Shown: one piece after another, positions 39,172 through 53,185 of the stretch | How the letters are laid out: each line of letters opens with the position of its first letter | How positions within the stretch are numbered: position 1 is the stretch's first letter | Source: Eledone cirrhosa | Lineage: Eukaryota | Reading direction: 5' to 3' | DNA: 64,000 nt | NCBI GenBank assembly: GCA_964016885.1 | Contig: OZ024746.1 | Location: 86,366,001 to 86,430,000, forward strand | The notes under the pieces: generated by a model | Seen by the model: the letters and a program-made list of their open reading frames with translations, nothing else | The model's database searches: none | What the model was told of the DNA's origin: nothing | Made by a program: the position numbers and the translations under genes

Positions 39172-39317
39172 AATAAACGAAGCTAAATTTTAATCATTTG
39201 ACTTTTATTTAACTTTATTTTACACTACTCCGGAGTAACCAAACCAACCTGCGCACTTCGTCGAGTGCTCCAGCCTGCATACTGAGGTGTTGGTATACAA
39301 CCAACATAAACTCAAAA

Positions 39318-39364
<47 letters not shown>

Positions 39365-39370
<6 letters not shown>

Positions 39371-39789
39371 GTTAAAAATGTACATCTACATATGCATACT
39401 GAAATACTAGTGTGTATATGAATACACACACGTATACATATGCAGATGTAACAAGTCTTTCACTTGATGAGTTGTAACAACAACGAAACTAGTTCAATAT
39501 TCCTTGTCTAGCTTTCTGGAGAATAGAGGGAAGGTGTTTCCTCGAAAACCAGTATGACTCTAAAAACCGGTTTGTCTGTGTGTTTACATACAGAATAGCT
39601 GGATACTCACAGTAAAGCAACCAGTGAAAGACTTGTTACATCTGCATATGTATACGTGTGTGTATTCATATACACACTAGTATTTCAGTATGCATATGTA
39701 GATGTACATTTTTAACTTAATTGTTTAAGCGTCAGTCATACAAAAGTGAGTTACAAACGAAACGAAATTTAATTTCGTTTCGTTATTTG

Positions 39790-39794
<5 letters not shown>
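39365..39794 (+). mobile_element. (TA)n-embedded foldback element, family F4 (100-bp arms 39365-39464 / 39623-39722, plus tail)
   Basis: Arms read directly; the spacer opens with a 5'-clipped hammerhead TGATGA gttg-taacaa-caac GAAA ctag TT. Confidence 0.82.
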
Positions 39795-40470
<676 letters not shown>

Positions 40471-40645
40471 CGCCTATTGTAATTATTATATTTGACCCAC
40501 ATCTCCACAAACAGAAACACCATCAACACCATTAGTGTAAAATATAAAAATAAACACTTCAAAGCGTCGACCTATTTAACGACATAGTCAATGTCGTTTA
40601 TCTAATAATAGTACATCTGATAGTACTAGTTTTAATGACGATCCC

Positions 40646-40737
40646 ATTGTTGTTGTAGTAGTAGTAGTAGTAGTAGTAGTAGTAACAGTTGTAGTAGTAG
40701 TAGTAGTAGTAGTAGTAGCAACAGTAACAGTAGCAAC

Positions 40738-40810
<73 letters not shown>

Positions 40811-40883
40811 ATGGTGGTGGTGGTGGTGGTAGTAGTAATAACAGCAGTAGTAGTAATAGTAGTAGTAATAGTAGTAGTAGTAA

Positions 40884-40915
<32 letters not shown>

Positions 40916-40953
40916 ATGGTGGTGGTGGTGGTGGTGGTAGTAGTAATAACAGC

Positions 40954-40984
<31 letters not shown>

Positions 40985-41054
40985 ATGGTGGTGGTGGTGG
41001 TAGTAGTAATAACAGCAGTAGTAGTAATAGTAGTAGTAATAGTAGTAGTAGTAA

Positions 41055-41086
<32 letters not shown>

Positions 41087-41149
41087 ATGGTGGTGGTGGT
41101 GGTGGTGGTGGTGGAGGTAGTAGTAATAACAGCACCAGTAGTAGTAATA

Positions 41150-41185
<36 letters not shown>

Positions 41186-41330
41186 GTAGTAGTCGTGATG
41201 GTGGTGGTGGTGGTGGTAGTAGTAATAACGGCAGTAGTAGTAATAGTAGTAGTAATAGTAGTAGTAGTAGTAGTAGTAATAGTAGTAGTAGTAGTAGTAG
41301 TAGTGGACTTGGTTTTAATAGTAGTAGTAG
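40646..41330. repeat. (GTA)n/(GGT)n array with higher-order units
   Basis: Direct reading. Confidence 0.93.
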
Positions 41331-41540
41331 ATTAGCATCAAGTTAGCCTTCGTTGGGCAAAACTGTTATCAAAAGCGTTCCTACCGTGGTCATCCCGTCT
41401 TTTATTCCGACCCTCTATTATTTTTGACTATTGTCTACTACATAACATCTCTCAACATCTTGAAGACCTCATTTGAAGATGTTTTGGCTGCTATTTCTGG
41501 GTCGACAAAACCTCCTAGCGTTTACCATTCGGTTTGTTAT

Positions 41541-41942
41541 CGTTGTTGTTGATGATGATGATGGTGGTTACGGTGGTGGTGGTGGTGGTGGTAATGGCGG
41601 TGATGTTGGTGGTGGAGGTGGTGGTGGCGCTGATGGTGGTGATGGTAATGGTGGTGATAGTGGTGATGGTGGTGATGGTGATGGTTGGTGGTGGTGGTTG
41701 GTGGTGCTGGTGGTGGTAGTAGTGGTAGTAGTGGTGGGGGGGGGGTGATGGTGGTTGGCGTTGGTATTGGTGGTGGTGGTGGTAGTGGTAATAGTAGTGG
41801 TGGTGGTGGTTGTGTTGGTGGTAGTGGTGATAGTAGTGGTGTTGGTGGTTGTGTTGGTGGTGGTGGTGGTGGTGGTGATGGTGGTGATGTTGTTGGTGCT
41901 GGGAGGGTGGTGTTGATGTTAATGGTGGTGGTAGCGGCGGTG
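41541..41942. repeat. Degenerate (GGT)n array
   Basis: Direct reading. Confidence 0.9.
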
Positions 41943-42829
41943 GAATTTCATCAGAACGTACACCACATAACATTTAATCCGACGTTTTCACGATTCCGCC
42001 AACCCACCGATTGTGGTAAGACGCGAGATTTGAACATATAATGCCAAGAGCCAGAATAGATACTGCAATTCACCGTCAATTCACCACTTCTCTACTACTA
42101 CTTTCTTTATCCTCTCTGAAAGGAAGAAGGTCAAAGTTGACCCCGGTAGGATTTGAATCTGGACCACCGAGGGTTGAAACAAATACTATAAACTATTTCT
42201 GTCAATGTCCTAACGACCCTTTAAACACAGGGATGTAATTAAAGACAACAAGCAATTTTGCCAAGTATTGCCCTCACATGCCATTATATATTGATTTCTA
42301 ACACAGTCTCATATTCCCAAATTTCGGAGTAGAAAACAATAGATTAGTTCAACTCCAGTTTATTATTAACACTTTCTTTGTCAACTCTTGAAGGCCCGCG
42401 ACTTTCTAGTTAGAACAATGAGCATACGATATCGTAAAGACGTGAATTCAATTCGAAGATCGAGCAGCACGTTGAATTCTTGAGCAAGATACTATTTTAT
42501 TTCACGTTGTTCCAGTTCATTCAGCTGTAAAAGATTAGTTGTGACAGCCTATGAATTGGCCTACCCCTTTCTCTTGGTGGCGTAGAGAAGGAAGATTGAC
42601 ATGCATGGACGACTGTTGGTCTCCTATAAAATAGCTTACCCGAGCTCGTGTCGAGTAGGAGAGGAACCTTCTAGAAGCAAACCAATGGCCAGTCATGACT
42701 CAAGGGGCATTACGTTTTTATCGATCCCCAAATTATGAAAAGTAAAGTCGACTCCGGCACGATTCTCATATATTGATTTCTTTTACATACGTACGTATGT
42801 ATGTTGTAACTCCTGATACAATTGTATTG

Positions 42830-43105
42830 ACATTTTGAGCATTTTAAACCTGGTGGAACCCATCCCTCTCCAGGGCTGAGTATAGCAGATTTCTTCCAGA
42901 GAAAGATAGAAAGTGATAGAGAGGAAACGAAAAATATATAGAGGAAGAATCAACCCAGTACTAGACTGGTACTTTTGTTATCGACCACAAAATGATGAAA
43001 GGCAAAGTGGACCTCGGCGGGATTTGAACTCTGGGAGCAGACAGCCGGAATGAATACCATAAAGTATTCTATCCGACGTTCGAATAACTCTGCCAATTCG
43101 CCGCC
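42830..43105 (-). mobile_element. SINE A variant with an alternative long 3' tail; also ~61410-61730 (-) and ~58155-58460 (+)
   Basis: SINE core joined to the shared AAACCTGGTGG..CCATCCCTCTC..GGCTGA..TTTCTTCCAGAGAA segment. Confidence 0.7.
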
Positions 43106-43349
43106 TTTTTTTTACATGCGTAGAATGCTTCAAATTTACATCAAGCACAGTATTTGACAGATAATTTATTTCATCGACAATGGAAAAATGAAAGCCAAAG
43201 TTAAGTTCAGCTGGAATTGTAATAAGAACATAAATTGTAACTTAAACCCTCAAGGTATGTTGTCCAAACTTCTCCCCATTCTATCATCGTTCTTCTCGTC
43301 TCAAATTTTTTTTTTTTCATTTATTTCTATTATCATTTTTTTACCGCCA

Positions 43350-45388
43350 GGGCGGTGGATTGGCAGTATCAGTAGAGCGTTGGACACCATGCTTTGCAGC
43401 ATAGAGTTACGGCCCTTTACGTTCTGAGTTCAAATCCTGCCGAGGTTAGCTTTTCCTTTCATCCTTACGGGGGTCGATAAAATAAAGCACTAGTAATGCA
43501 CTGGGGTCGATTTAATCAACTTTCCTCCTACCCCAAATTGCTGGCCTTGTCCCTAAAGTAGAAACAATTATTTTTTTGTCGTTTGAAGTTATTTTATGTA
43601 TGGATGGTTGATTGATTTAAAAGTTCCCTTTACAGTCAGAAGGACCTTGATTTAATCCACTACGTGGTACGTAGGGCATATGCCCTCCATTTCATAAACG
43701 GAAACAGTTGGATGGACTGTACCTTTAATTAAATTTATATCTACCGTTTATTTCACGATGTCAAATGTTTTGTCGTTCTGTTTGCGGTCTGGTTATGAAA
43801 GTTTGACACAAGAAATAAATTATTAATGTAAAGTATGAAAAGAGAATTTAAAAATTTGTGTTGTATGTCTGTCTGTGTGTGTATGTGTATATATATATAT
43901 GTGTGTGTGTGTGTACGTGTGCGGGGGTGAGTGTTTTTAATGGTTAAAAGGAGTTTTCCGCGATATAAATAATAGTTTCTTATATAGGTACAAGGCCAAC
44001 AATTTTGAGGGGAGGGGAAAGTCGATTAAATCAACCCCAGTGTGTGATTGGTACTTTATTTTATCGACCTCGTAAGGATAAAAGGCAAAGTTAACCTTGG
44101 TGGGATTTGAACTCAGATCATAAAGGAACGTAACTCTACGCTGCAAAGTATGGCGTCGAACCCTCTACCGATACTGCCAATCTATCGCGATATAATTAAT
44201 GCAATATATCTTTTGGCATTTAAATTCGTCTCCTTTGCGTCATAATTAAAATCCTGCTTGATAACATTTCGGGTGTCAAATTAACAAATCTCTAAGTTAG
44301 AAATCAATATATTTATAGTGATAATTAGTTCGGTAACTCACTGTTAGTTTCACTGAATTGGAACAACTATTTCAACGTCTCCATTGTTATATTTCGAAGC
44401 AACACTTTCTCCATTTTATCCGTTGGGACCACAAAACAGCTTGTGTCTGGGTTTCTGCACGCCAAAGAATATCCTCCCACACTGTCTGGGCTCCTATCCT
44501 TGGAGTAACGATGATCGAACATTCTTTCTGGCATTTGTTGTTGTATTTAGAATCACTATTGTTATTTTTTAGGGTAGCAATATCGGCAGAGCGTCAGGCG
44601 TCATGCTTTGCAGCATAGAGTTACGGCCCTTTATGTTTTGAGTTCAAATCCCGCGGAGGTTAGCTTTGCTTTTCATTCTTAAGGGGTCGATAAAATTAAG
44701 CACCAGTAATGCACTGGGGTAGATTTAATCGACTTTCCCTCCTCTTCAAATTGATGGCCTTGTGCCTAAAGTAGAAACAATTATTTAGGGGTCGATAAAA
44801 TAAAGTACCTGTCAAGTATTGAGCTCGATTTCATAGATTTTCTCCTCCCATAAATTACTGACCTTGTGCCTAAATAAATAAATCATTATTTACTTACGCA
44901 GGAAGTGCGGTGTCTTGGCAGTATCAGTAGAGAGTCAGACACCATGCTTTGGAGCATAGAGTTACAGCCCTTTACGGTCTGAGTTCAAATCCCGCCGAGG
45001 TGAACTTTGCCTTTCATCTTGACGGGGTCGTTAAAATAAAGCACCAGTAATGCACTGGGGTCGATTTAATCGACTTTCCCTCCTCTTCAAATTGATGGCC
45101 TTGTGCCTAAAGTAGAAACAATTATTTAGGGGTCGATAAAATAAATTACCAGTCAAGTATTGAGATCGATTTTATCGAACCCGCCCCCCTCAAATTGCTG
45201 ACCTTGTACCTAAATTAGAAATCATTATTTACTTTGCAGCATAGAGTTGTGGCCCTTTACATTCGTTCTGGGTTCAAAACCCGCCGAAGTTAACTTTGCC
45301 TTTCATCCTTACGGAGTCAATAAAATAAAGTACCAGTAATGCACTGGGGAAATTGCTGGCCTTGTGCCTAAAATAGGAATCATTATTT
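43350..45388. mobile_element. SINE A cluster (43350-43571 +; 43972-44185 - with CGCGATATAA TSD; tandem copies 44570-45388 +)
   Basis: Family motifs and TSD read directly. Confidence 0.85.
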
Positions 45389-45550
45389 GCCTACGTAGAA
45401 ATTATCTCATGTATAATTCAATAAGCTGTCACAGAGAAACTCTTTATATTTATAAATCATGCCGACCTAATAGTCATTAACTCCTCATTCAGTTCTATAA
45501 CTAATTAATAATTCACTAATTAATAACGCGTAATACCACGCGACATTGAA

Positions 45551-45915
45551 AAACACTATCAACACTACCAACAATAGCAGGAACACCAGAACCACCACCA
45601 ACAACAACAACAACAACACTAACACCACCACCACCAACAACAACACTATCACCACTACCAACAATAGCAGGAATACCAGAACCACCACCAACAACAACAA
45701 CAACAACACTAACACCACCAGCAACAACAACACCAACAACACTAACACCACCAGCAACAACAACACCACCAACACCAACACCAACACCACCAACAACAAC
45801 ACTAACACCACCACCAACAACACCACCAACAACACCACCAACAACACTAACACCACCACCAACAACACCACCAGCAACACCACCACCAACACCACCAACA
45901 CCACCACCATCACCA
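45551..45915. repeat. (AAC/ACC)n array
   Basis: Direct reading. Confidence 0.9.
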
Positions 45916-46547
45916 CGCGACTTCGACATCTTGTGGGATTAAAGCTGCCCTTTTGGTTTATGCTGAGATGCATCTATAATGCACCGTTCTGCGCTCCACT
46001 GCCTCAATAGCTTCTACCGGGACAGTTAAGTTGGCCCAGGTTTGCTCTTGCTTGATGAGCTTCCGTTACCAGCGGGTGTTATATAACATAACATAGTTTC
46101 TACTTTTGGCACAAGGCCAGCAATAATCCCAGTGTATTACTGGTACTTTATTTTATCGACCCCGTAAGGATGAAAGACAAAGTTAACCTCGGCGGGATTT
46201 GAACTCAGATCATAAAGGGACGTAACTCTATGACGTAACTCCTACTAATAATAATTGTTTCTATTTTAGGCACAAGGCGAGCAGTTTGAAGGGGAGGGGG
46301 AAATCGATTAAATCGATCCCAGTGCATTACTGGTGCTTTATTATAAAGTCCATCCTAGAGCGATAACCTCAATTGGATTTTTGTTTTTAGCTAAAGACGA
46401 AGCAGAAAGGATTGGATCATATCTGAAGTCAAATCATGAAAGTAATCGACGTGGTTTGATCTTATTGATCTCATCCTCAACAACAACAAGCGTTTTAAGG
46501 TTATTTTCCCTGCTAAAGCAGAAATGAGCTTTATGGGAATCAAGAAA

Positions 46548-46601
<54 letters not shown>

Positions 46602-47491
46602 ACACAAAACAACCTTCACAGAAAATATCTCAGTTTATATTTGTTCAATACCATAAAAAGAATTAATTTATTTTAAAAGAGTGTGAGCCTATATATATAA
46701 TATATATGTGTGTGTGTATGCGTGAATGTGTGTGTGCGTGTGTATATATATATATATATGAAAACACTTAAATTCCTGTGTAATCATTTTTCCTAAACCC
46801 AATTGGTAACTTGTGATTTAATTTCCGTTTTTCGCTTTGTGGACCACATGACAAGCTTTCTGACCATAGGGTTCTTTTTGAGACAATGTTTCACTGCCGG
46901 ATGCCCTTCCAGGGATCAACTCTTTAACTTGCCTTTTTTGAAAAAACAGGAATATAATCTACCTGTTCTAAACCGGATGGATACAAGGAGTTATTTGATC
47001 TTATTAACAAAACATATTCAACTGAAATAGCTTTCGTAGTGATCTATATAGAAATAGAAATGATGTAATGATGTTGATTATGAATCAATAATAGGAGTGA
47101 AGGGAAATACCCCAGGAAAATATTTCTGCGTACTAAATACAGATACACTAGGTTGACACGTCTGTAATGCAGTAGATGGAAAAACTTCGATTATCTGACA
47201 TCATCCATATAATTCTGAGACAAAACCACTAGATGTATTAAACAGTTATAACCAGGGGTGGGCAACATATTCCATTGGCGGGCCACTTTTGAACATTTTG
47301 AACATTAGGGCCATTAATATTTAATAAGCACTATTCCAAAGATTCACCACAACGTCTTTCCAAAACTTGGAACTAATGATGTCGCAACTCATTTCTACAG
47401 CTGAGTGAATTGGGTCAATGTAAAATAAAGTATCTTGCTCAAGGACACAACGCATCACCCGGTTGCAATACGTATGTTATCAAGAAAAATA

Positions 47492-47681
47492 ATTGTTTCT
47501 ATATTTGGCACAAGGCCAGCAATTATCCCAGCGCATTACTGGTACTTTATTTTATCGATCCCGTAAGGATGAAAGGCAAAGTTAACCTCGGCAGAATTTG
47601 AACTCAGACCGTAAAGGAACGTAACTCTGTGCTGCAAAGCATGGCGTCTGACCCTCTACTGATACTGCCAATCCACCGCCC
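47492..47681 (-). mobile_element. Full-length SINE A with TSD
   Basis: TTATCAAGAAAAATAAT on both sides (47477 and 47682). Confidence 0.92.
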
Positions 47682-48365
47682 TTATCAAGAAAAATAATAT
47701 TATAATTTCTGATAATTAAGTAAGGGAGGATTTTGTTAAAAAAATAAATCCAAAAATGTACAATTGACATATAAGTTAAATACACGAATCATTAAAATAA
47801 CATCGAACTGTCTATTTCGATATACTGAAGACATTTTTAACCTCTTCATATATGCGCTTTTAGGGGTGATATACCTCCCTCTCACATCTTTTTCTATGCA
47901 TCTGCCATAGAGAGCTATTTAAGTGACAATCCGCAGTGAGTTTTATAACAAATAAATGTAAAAGGGTTTCAAAATGATTATAGTATAATCACTTAGTTTT
48001 AGCAAGAAGCAAGCAATAGAAAATACAACATATGAAACAATGTAGCTGCTGTGGTAACAACGAGAATAGCCATGACTACTTTTCAACATAAAACATAAAA
48101 GTTGTTTTGTTGATGCAAGGGTATCAACGTAGTTCGATAGATTTGGACGACTCAGAAATAGCGCATCTACGGTTTTTCAGTAACAGGTATGCAGCTGACC
48201 TGCTAACCTCTAAAAATCCAAACGGAGAGTACTATGATAAAAAGTACCCCCAAATGGGGAGAAAAGACTAATTTTATATTACTCCAACACTTAACAGTAG
48301 GGAGTTATATCTATGTACCTGGTGTATTATTATTGCTAGTGCACTTTGTCATCAACGGATGGAAC

Positions 48366-48558
48366 AGACCTGCCAACCTCTAAAATCCCAAACAGAGAGT
48401 ACCATGAAAAAAGTACCCCAAAACGGGGTAAAATAAGGCAAAATGGGGAGATTTTACATAATGAAAGCTATTCCCATTTTCACAAGAGACGACATCTCTC
48501 ACCCACTTTGGAGTGGGTCGGAGATCTCCTCGTCGGACGGGAAGAGTTGACAGGTCTG
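48366..48558 (+). mobile_element. hAT-like MITE (CAGACCTGYCAAC family)
   Basis: CAGACCTGCCAAC ... GTTGACAGGTCTG. Confidence 0.82.
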
Positions 48559-48959
48559 ATGCAGTTTTTCAATAATACTCTCTGCATAGAAAATATAGTG
48601 CAAAAGCTTTTTGATAAGATTCTGAGGTAGGGAAGCTACTTGTAAAGTTACATCTTCTAACCATTTCTTTGATAGAGTTGCACAACATTTCCAACACTAC
48701 ATCAATCATATGGCTCCAAAATTACTGACTTGAGTAAAGTTTTCCAAATTCACTCTCTTTTCATATTAGCAACAATAGAAATCATTAATTATAACTACAT
48801 TCAATAATGTAAACATATCACACCACATAATAGAAAACGAATTATATACAATACATCGACAATTTTCATAATATACATACATGACATAATTCAGAAAGTA
48901 AACGGATGCATAATCATCCTTAGAAGCTCACAATGACAACAGTTAGGAATATAAAAAAT

Positions 48960-49175
48960 AATGGTTTCTTATATAGGCACAAGGCCAGCAATTTGGGGGG
49001 GGGGGGGAGAAAGTCGATTAAATCGACCCCAGTGCGTGACTGGTACTTTATTTTATCGACCCCGTAAGGATGAAAGGCAAAGTTAATCTCGGCGGGATTT
49101 GAACTCTGACCATAAAGGGCCGTAACTCTATACTGCAAAGCATGGCGTCCGACCCTCTACCGATACTGCCAATCC
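48960..49175 (-). mobile_element. SINE A copy (long form)
   Basis: Family motifs. Confidence 0.9.
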
Positions 49176-49191
49176 AAATAATAATATGTTA

Positions 49192-49564
49192 CAGTGATAC
49201 CTCGCAGTACGAGTTTAATTCGTTCCATGACCGAGTTCGTTTTACGATTTACTCGTTTTACAAATCAATTTCCTCATTGAAATTAATTAAAATATAGATA
49301 ATCCGTTCTAGCCCCCAAAAGTCCCCCAAAATCGTTTTTTATGGGTTTTAAAACAGAAAAGGTGCAGTTACAAGGAAAATGACAATCATAAAAACATAAT
49401 AAAAGAGAATGCAAAAGAAATATGTAACTTGGTTTTATTAATTGCATGAAACTCTCTCGTACTGCAGATTTCCACTCGTACCACAAGTCAAAAATGAGCA
49501 CGAACCTCGGCTCGTACAGCAAATTACTTGTACAATGGGGCACTCGTACTGTGAGGTTCTACTG
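49192..49564. mobile_element. Tigger/pogo-like (Tc1-mariner) MITE
   Basis: TA|CAGTGATACCTCGCAGTACGAGT ... ACTCGTACTGTGAGGTTCTACTG|TA. Confidence 0.85.
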
Positions 49565-49569
49565 TATTT

Positions 49570-50385
49570 GTATTTTTGTGAACAAGATTGACATGCGCAG
49601 TCGGGTTGGAAGTGGTACTACGACCGTCAAGTGTAGAATCAGTCGGCTAGAATTTACAGACGACATGGTATTACTTAACACGACAGAAGGTGATATCCGA
49701 CTTGCACTTGATAGGTTTGATGTCGTGTGCTGCATAGCTGGAATGAAAATCAGTGCTGCGGAACCTGTAACAATCGTCAGCGCAAGGAAACTTGCGCAGA
49801 GCACTCTACATGTGAATGGAGTTCCACTGAAGTAGGTGGAGAAGTTCAAGTATCTCGGGGCCGTGTTCACAAGTGATGGAAGGCAAGAGGTTGAATTAAA
49901 TGCAAGAATTGCAGGAGTTGATGCAGTAATGCGTCAGCTTCAGCATTTGGTATTCAGAAAAAGCGGGGTTGGTGTAAAAACCAAAGTCGCTATCTTCAAT
50001 TCGGTATTCGTGACCACCCTCATCTATGGTCATGAATTTTGGGTAATGACCGAATGAATACGATTGCGAAAACAAGCGGCCGAAATGGGGTTCCTCTGAA
50101 GGGTCATTTAAGTAATTTTACTCGATAGAGTGCGCAGCTCGGAGATCAAAGAGGCGCTCCAGGCAGAGCCGCTACTTCTCCGAATTGAAAGATCACAGCT
50201 CTTATATTATGTGCATGTGGTTAGAATGGCTCAAGAAAGAATTCCTGGAGAGGTTTTACTAGTAAAACCAGCCAGCTGGAGACCCAGGGGTAGATCCTGA
50301 GCAAGATGACTAGATAACATCTATGACCTTGGCTGGTCACGCTTGGGGATCCAACCGGATCAGGTGGAAACTGTGACAGGACTCG
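49570..50385 (+). pseudogene. RTE-clade LINE reverse transcriptase C-terminal fragment
   Basis: LEFTDDMVLL (FADD motif), GMKIS, EKFKYLGAVFTSDG, VTTLIYGHEFWVMTE; in-frame stops. Confidence 0.92.
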
Positions 50386-50769
50386 GTGATTATATATATA
50401 TAATCGGACCAAGGGAAAAATGTTTCCATTAGTCTTTCCATTGCTGATACTATCTACCGGTCGCAACTCCTGGCAGAAGGAGCAACGTGAAACAAAATGT
50501 GTCTTATTCAAGGACACAACGGATCACCCGTTCCGAGAATTGAACTCGCAACCTCAGGATTGCGAGTCCAACTCTCTAGCCACTACGCCACACATCTTCA
50601 GAATAGTAACAAAAGAGTAAAATTACATTGGATGTTGCTATATAGAATATTAGAACAATTCTTGGCAGAGAATCGTCCTTAAATCCAGAACACAGAATTG
50701 CTATTCTAGGCAGATAATAGAGCAATATAATATTGATGAATATGGAAAGAGAAACCAAATGAGGAGAAA

Positions 50770-51290
50770 AGTAGTGGAGGAGTAGGTTTTTCTGGCCAGA
50801 CAGAGGTCACTAAACAGCTGGAGCAACCACAAGGCATTTGTGATCGAATTATGCATTTGGGGGGTCCTGTGTCAGTTTCAGAACCGTCATTTCAGTGTAT
50901 GCCCCTGCCCTGGATAGTAGCCAAGAATTAATCATTGTCTTTTACCAAGATTTATGAGGATGTATAACATCGATTCCACATTTGGACAAGATCTTACAGC
51001 TTAGAGATTTCAATGCACGTATGTGAAAGGGCCACAATATCTAGAGTACTTTAGGTCATCATGACATGGTTTTCTTATTTTGCAACTATGCACTGAGTTT
51101 GAGTGGTCGTGTGCAATATTATCTTCCAGCAGAATGATATCCACAAAGCAATATGGAAACATCCGAGATCTATACAAAGTAACAAGGACATGTCTTGGAT
51201 TATATCATGATCAGAAAGAGAGACCTCCAGGATATTTGTTCCGTGAGAGTAATTCCTGGTGCAGAATGTGGTCAGACTAGTATTATTAGG
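50770..51290 (+). pseudogene. Decayed LINE apurinic endonuclease (APE) domain, RTE-like
   Basis: Ordered motifs across frames: GGVGF, DRIM, VISVYAP, FYQDL, DFNAR, WKHPRS, LDYI, GAEC. Confidence 0.8.
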
Positions 51291-51796
51291 CGTATAAATT
51301 ATAGTAATTCTTATAGTTGTTGTTATAAATAGAATCCTTTTAAATATACACATCGTGTTCTCATTGTTTATCTTAAATTGTAGATAACATCTTTCTCGTA
51401 AAATTTTCCATTGCTTATCTTATCATTGTTTCCCTCTATCATACTTTACAAAAGAGTAATCAAATAGGATTGTTTATTATTCCACAAATTTAACAACATC
51501 ATGTATTTTTATACATAGCCATCGATCCCATACTCCTGCAGAACCTCCTAGAGCAGGGCCCATGGAACGCTGTCATATCACTTTTCGTGGTCTACAAAGC
51601 AAGAAAACACCTGTTGGCAGTACTTCCACTATTTCTCAAGAAACCCTGCGCAGTGTAGTCTACATGAGAATGGAATTCCATATAGCAGACCTGGAAGGAA
51701 GTAATAACATCTAAAGGGTAACTCCACACAGCTCCTGAAACCCTGAACTGGAGCCGTGTCACTGGACGCTCGTATATATATATATATATATATATA

Positions 51797-52020
51797 TAAG
51801 AGTGGAAGTTAGTAAAATCGAAGTTACGGCGGTCGGCCAGCATCCACGAAAAAAACAATATTCGGAGCTTTGCACGAAGCAATCAATAAGAAGATATCGA
51901 TAAATCGATAAGTTACAGAGTAATACACATACGTTAAATGACGTGACAAATTGAAAACTGTGGTTAAGGGGACAAGCCACAGAAGCCACGACAAGAACGA
52001 AAATACAATCAGGATGTATA
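51797..52020 (-). mobile_element. (TA)n-abutting element 3' fragment, family F5; second copy ~54070-54438 (+)
   Basis: Shared TTCAATTTGTCA..TTTAACGTATG..TATTACTCT and terminal CTTCGATTTTACTAA.CTTC.ACT followed by (TA)n. Confidence 0.65.
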
Positions 52021-52044
52021 TAAGAGAGAGAGGGAGAGAGAGAG

Positions 52045-52084
<40 letters not shown>

Positions 52085-52232
52085 GGGGGGGAGGGGAGAG
52101 AGAAAGAGAAAGAGAGAGGAAGAGAGAAAGGGGAAGAGAGAGAAAGAGAGAGAAAGAGAGCGAGAGAGAGAGAGTCTGTGGTGTGGAGACCACAAATCAT
52201 GTGAGTGCTCGATATATGGGGAGATATAGAGT

Positions 52233-52281
<49 letters not shown>

Positions 52282-52286
<5 letters not shown>

Positions 52287-52402
52287 AATAAACAAGACAA
52301 TATAATTATGGAATAATTATATTGTGTTGTTTGTTAAATAGCTCTGTAGTATACATAGATAGAGCACTCTTCTTTCCTTTACCTTTTCTATGGAAATACT
52401 TA

Positions 52403-52403
<1 letters not shown>
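52282..52403 (+). mobile_element. Short F2 copy: ~24-bp inverted arm + direct arm + tail, between (TA)n and (CA)n
   Basis: TGGAATAATT..GTTGTTT..GCTCTGT..ATAGAGCACTCTT..TGGAAATACTT matches the reverse complement of 32925-33030. Confidence 0.75.
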
Positions 52404-52501
<98 letters not shown>

Positions 52502-52558
52502 AACTGTTTCAAGACCAATATGTTGGTCATGAAACATACTAGTGTGTCTCTGTGAGTA

Positions 52559-52630
<72 letters not shown>

Positions 52631-52739
52631 CAATGACCCCCCGCAGACAACTGATGAACGAAAATTTTCTCCCGTTCATGCTTTCCTCTTATTTGTAAGT
52701 ACACCTTATCCACCAACTACACAGCCCCTGTTTCTTCTT

Positions 52740-52807
<68 letters not shown>

Positions 52808-52941
52808 TAGAAGTTGTATTTAATTTGTTGGAAGTCCGACAAACATAAATGTTTATAACTGATTTAGAGCACTCAACAAGTTACTGGAGTAAATATTCAA
52901 TGATATTAAATAAATGGAAACTATATTTATAAAACCATATT

Positions 52942-53005
52942 TATTTTATTATATATATTTCTAGGGTACCAAGACAACATTGGTGTGCTTTCATCAGATA
53001 AAATA
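52942..53005 (-). ncRNA. Type I hammerhead motif (direct arm of F6)
   Basis: Minus strand: tattttat CTGATGA aagcacaccaa..ttggtacccta GAAA tatata TA ataaaata; base of stem II eroded. Confidence 0.75.
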
Positions 53006-53121
53006 CAAAGTTTGTTTTATAAATAGAGACATACCCATGAAAATCATACCTTAACGGTTGGAAATTCACTGGATAGTCACTGATTTTCATGGGTACATCT
53101 CTATTTATAAAACAAACTTTG

Positions 53122-53185
53122 TATTTTATCTGATGAAAGCGTACCAATGTGTCTTGGTTGCCCTTGAAATATATATAATAAAATA
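53122..53185 (+). ncRNA. Type I hammerhead motif (inverted arm of F6)
   Basis: tattttat CTGATGA aagcgtaccaa-tgtgtc-ttggttgccctt GAAA tatata TA ataaaata. Confidence 0.82.

Larger units (their letters stand above)
38785..39320 (+). mobile_element. (TA)n-embedded foldback element, family F3 (perfect 216-bp arms 38785-39000 / 39007-39222, plus a 98-nt tail)
   Basis: Arms read directly; hammerhead in each arm. Confidence 0.88.

Noticed and set aside
39516-39556. Second hammerhead-like motif CTGGAGA..gagggaa/tttcctc GAAA in F4
   Set aside because: A6 is changed, there are 3 extra nt before stem II, and no stem I
52651-52680. CTGATGAACGAAA in a TA-flanked insert
   Set aside because: No room for stem II; only a simple ATGAACG/CGTTCAT hairpin
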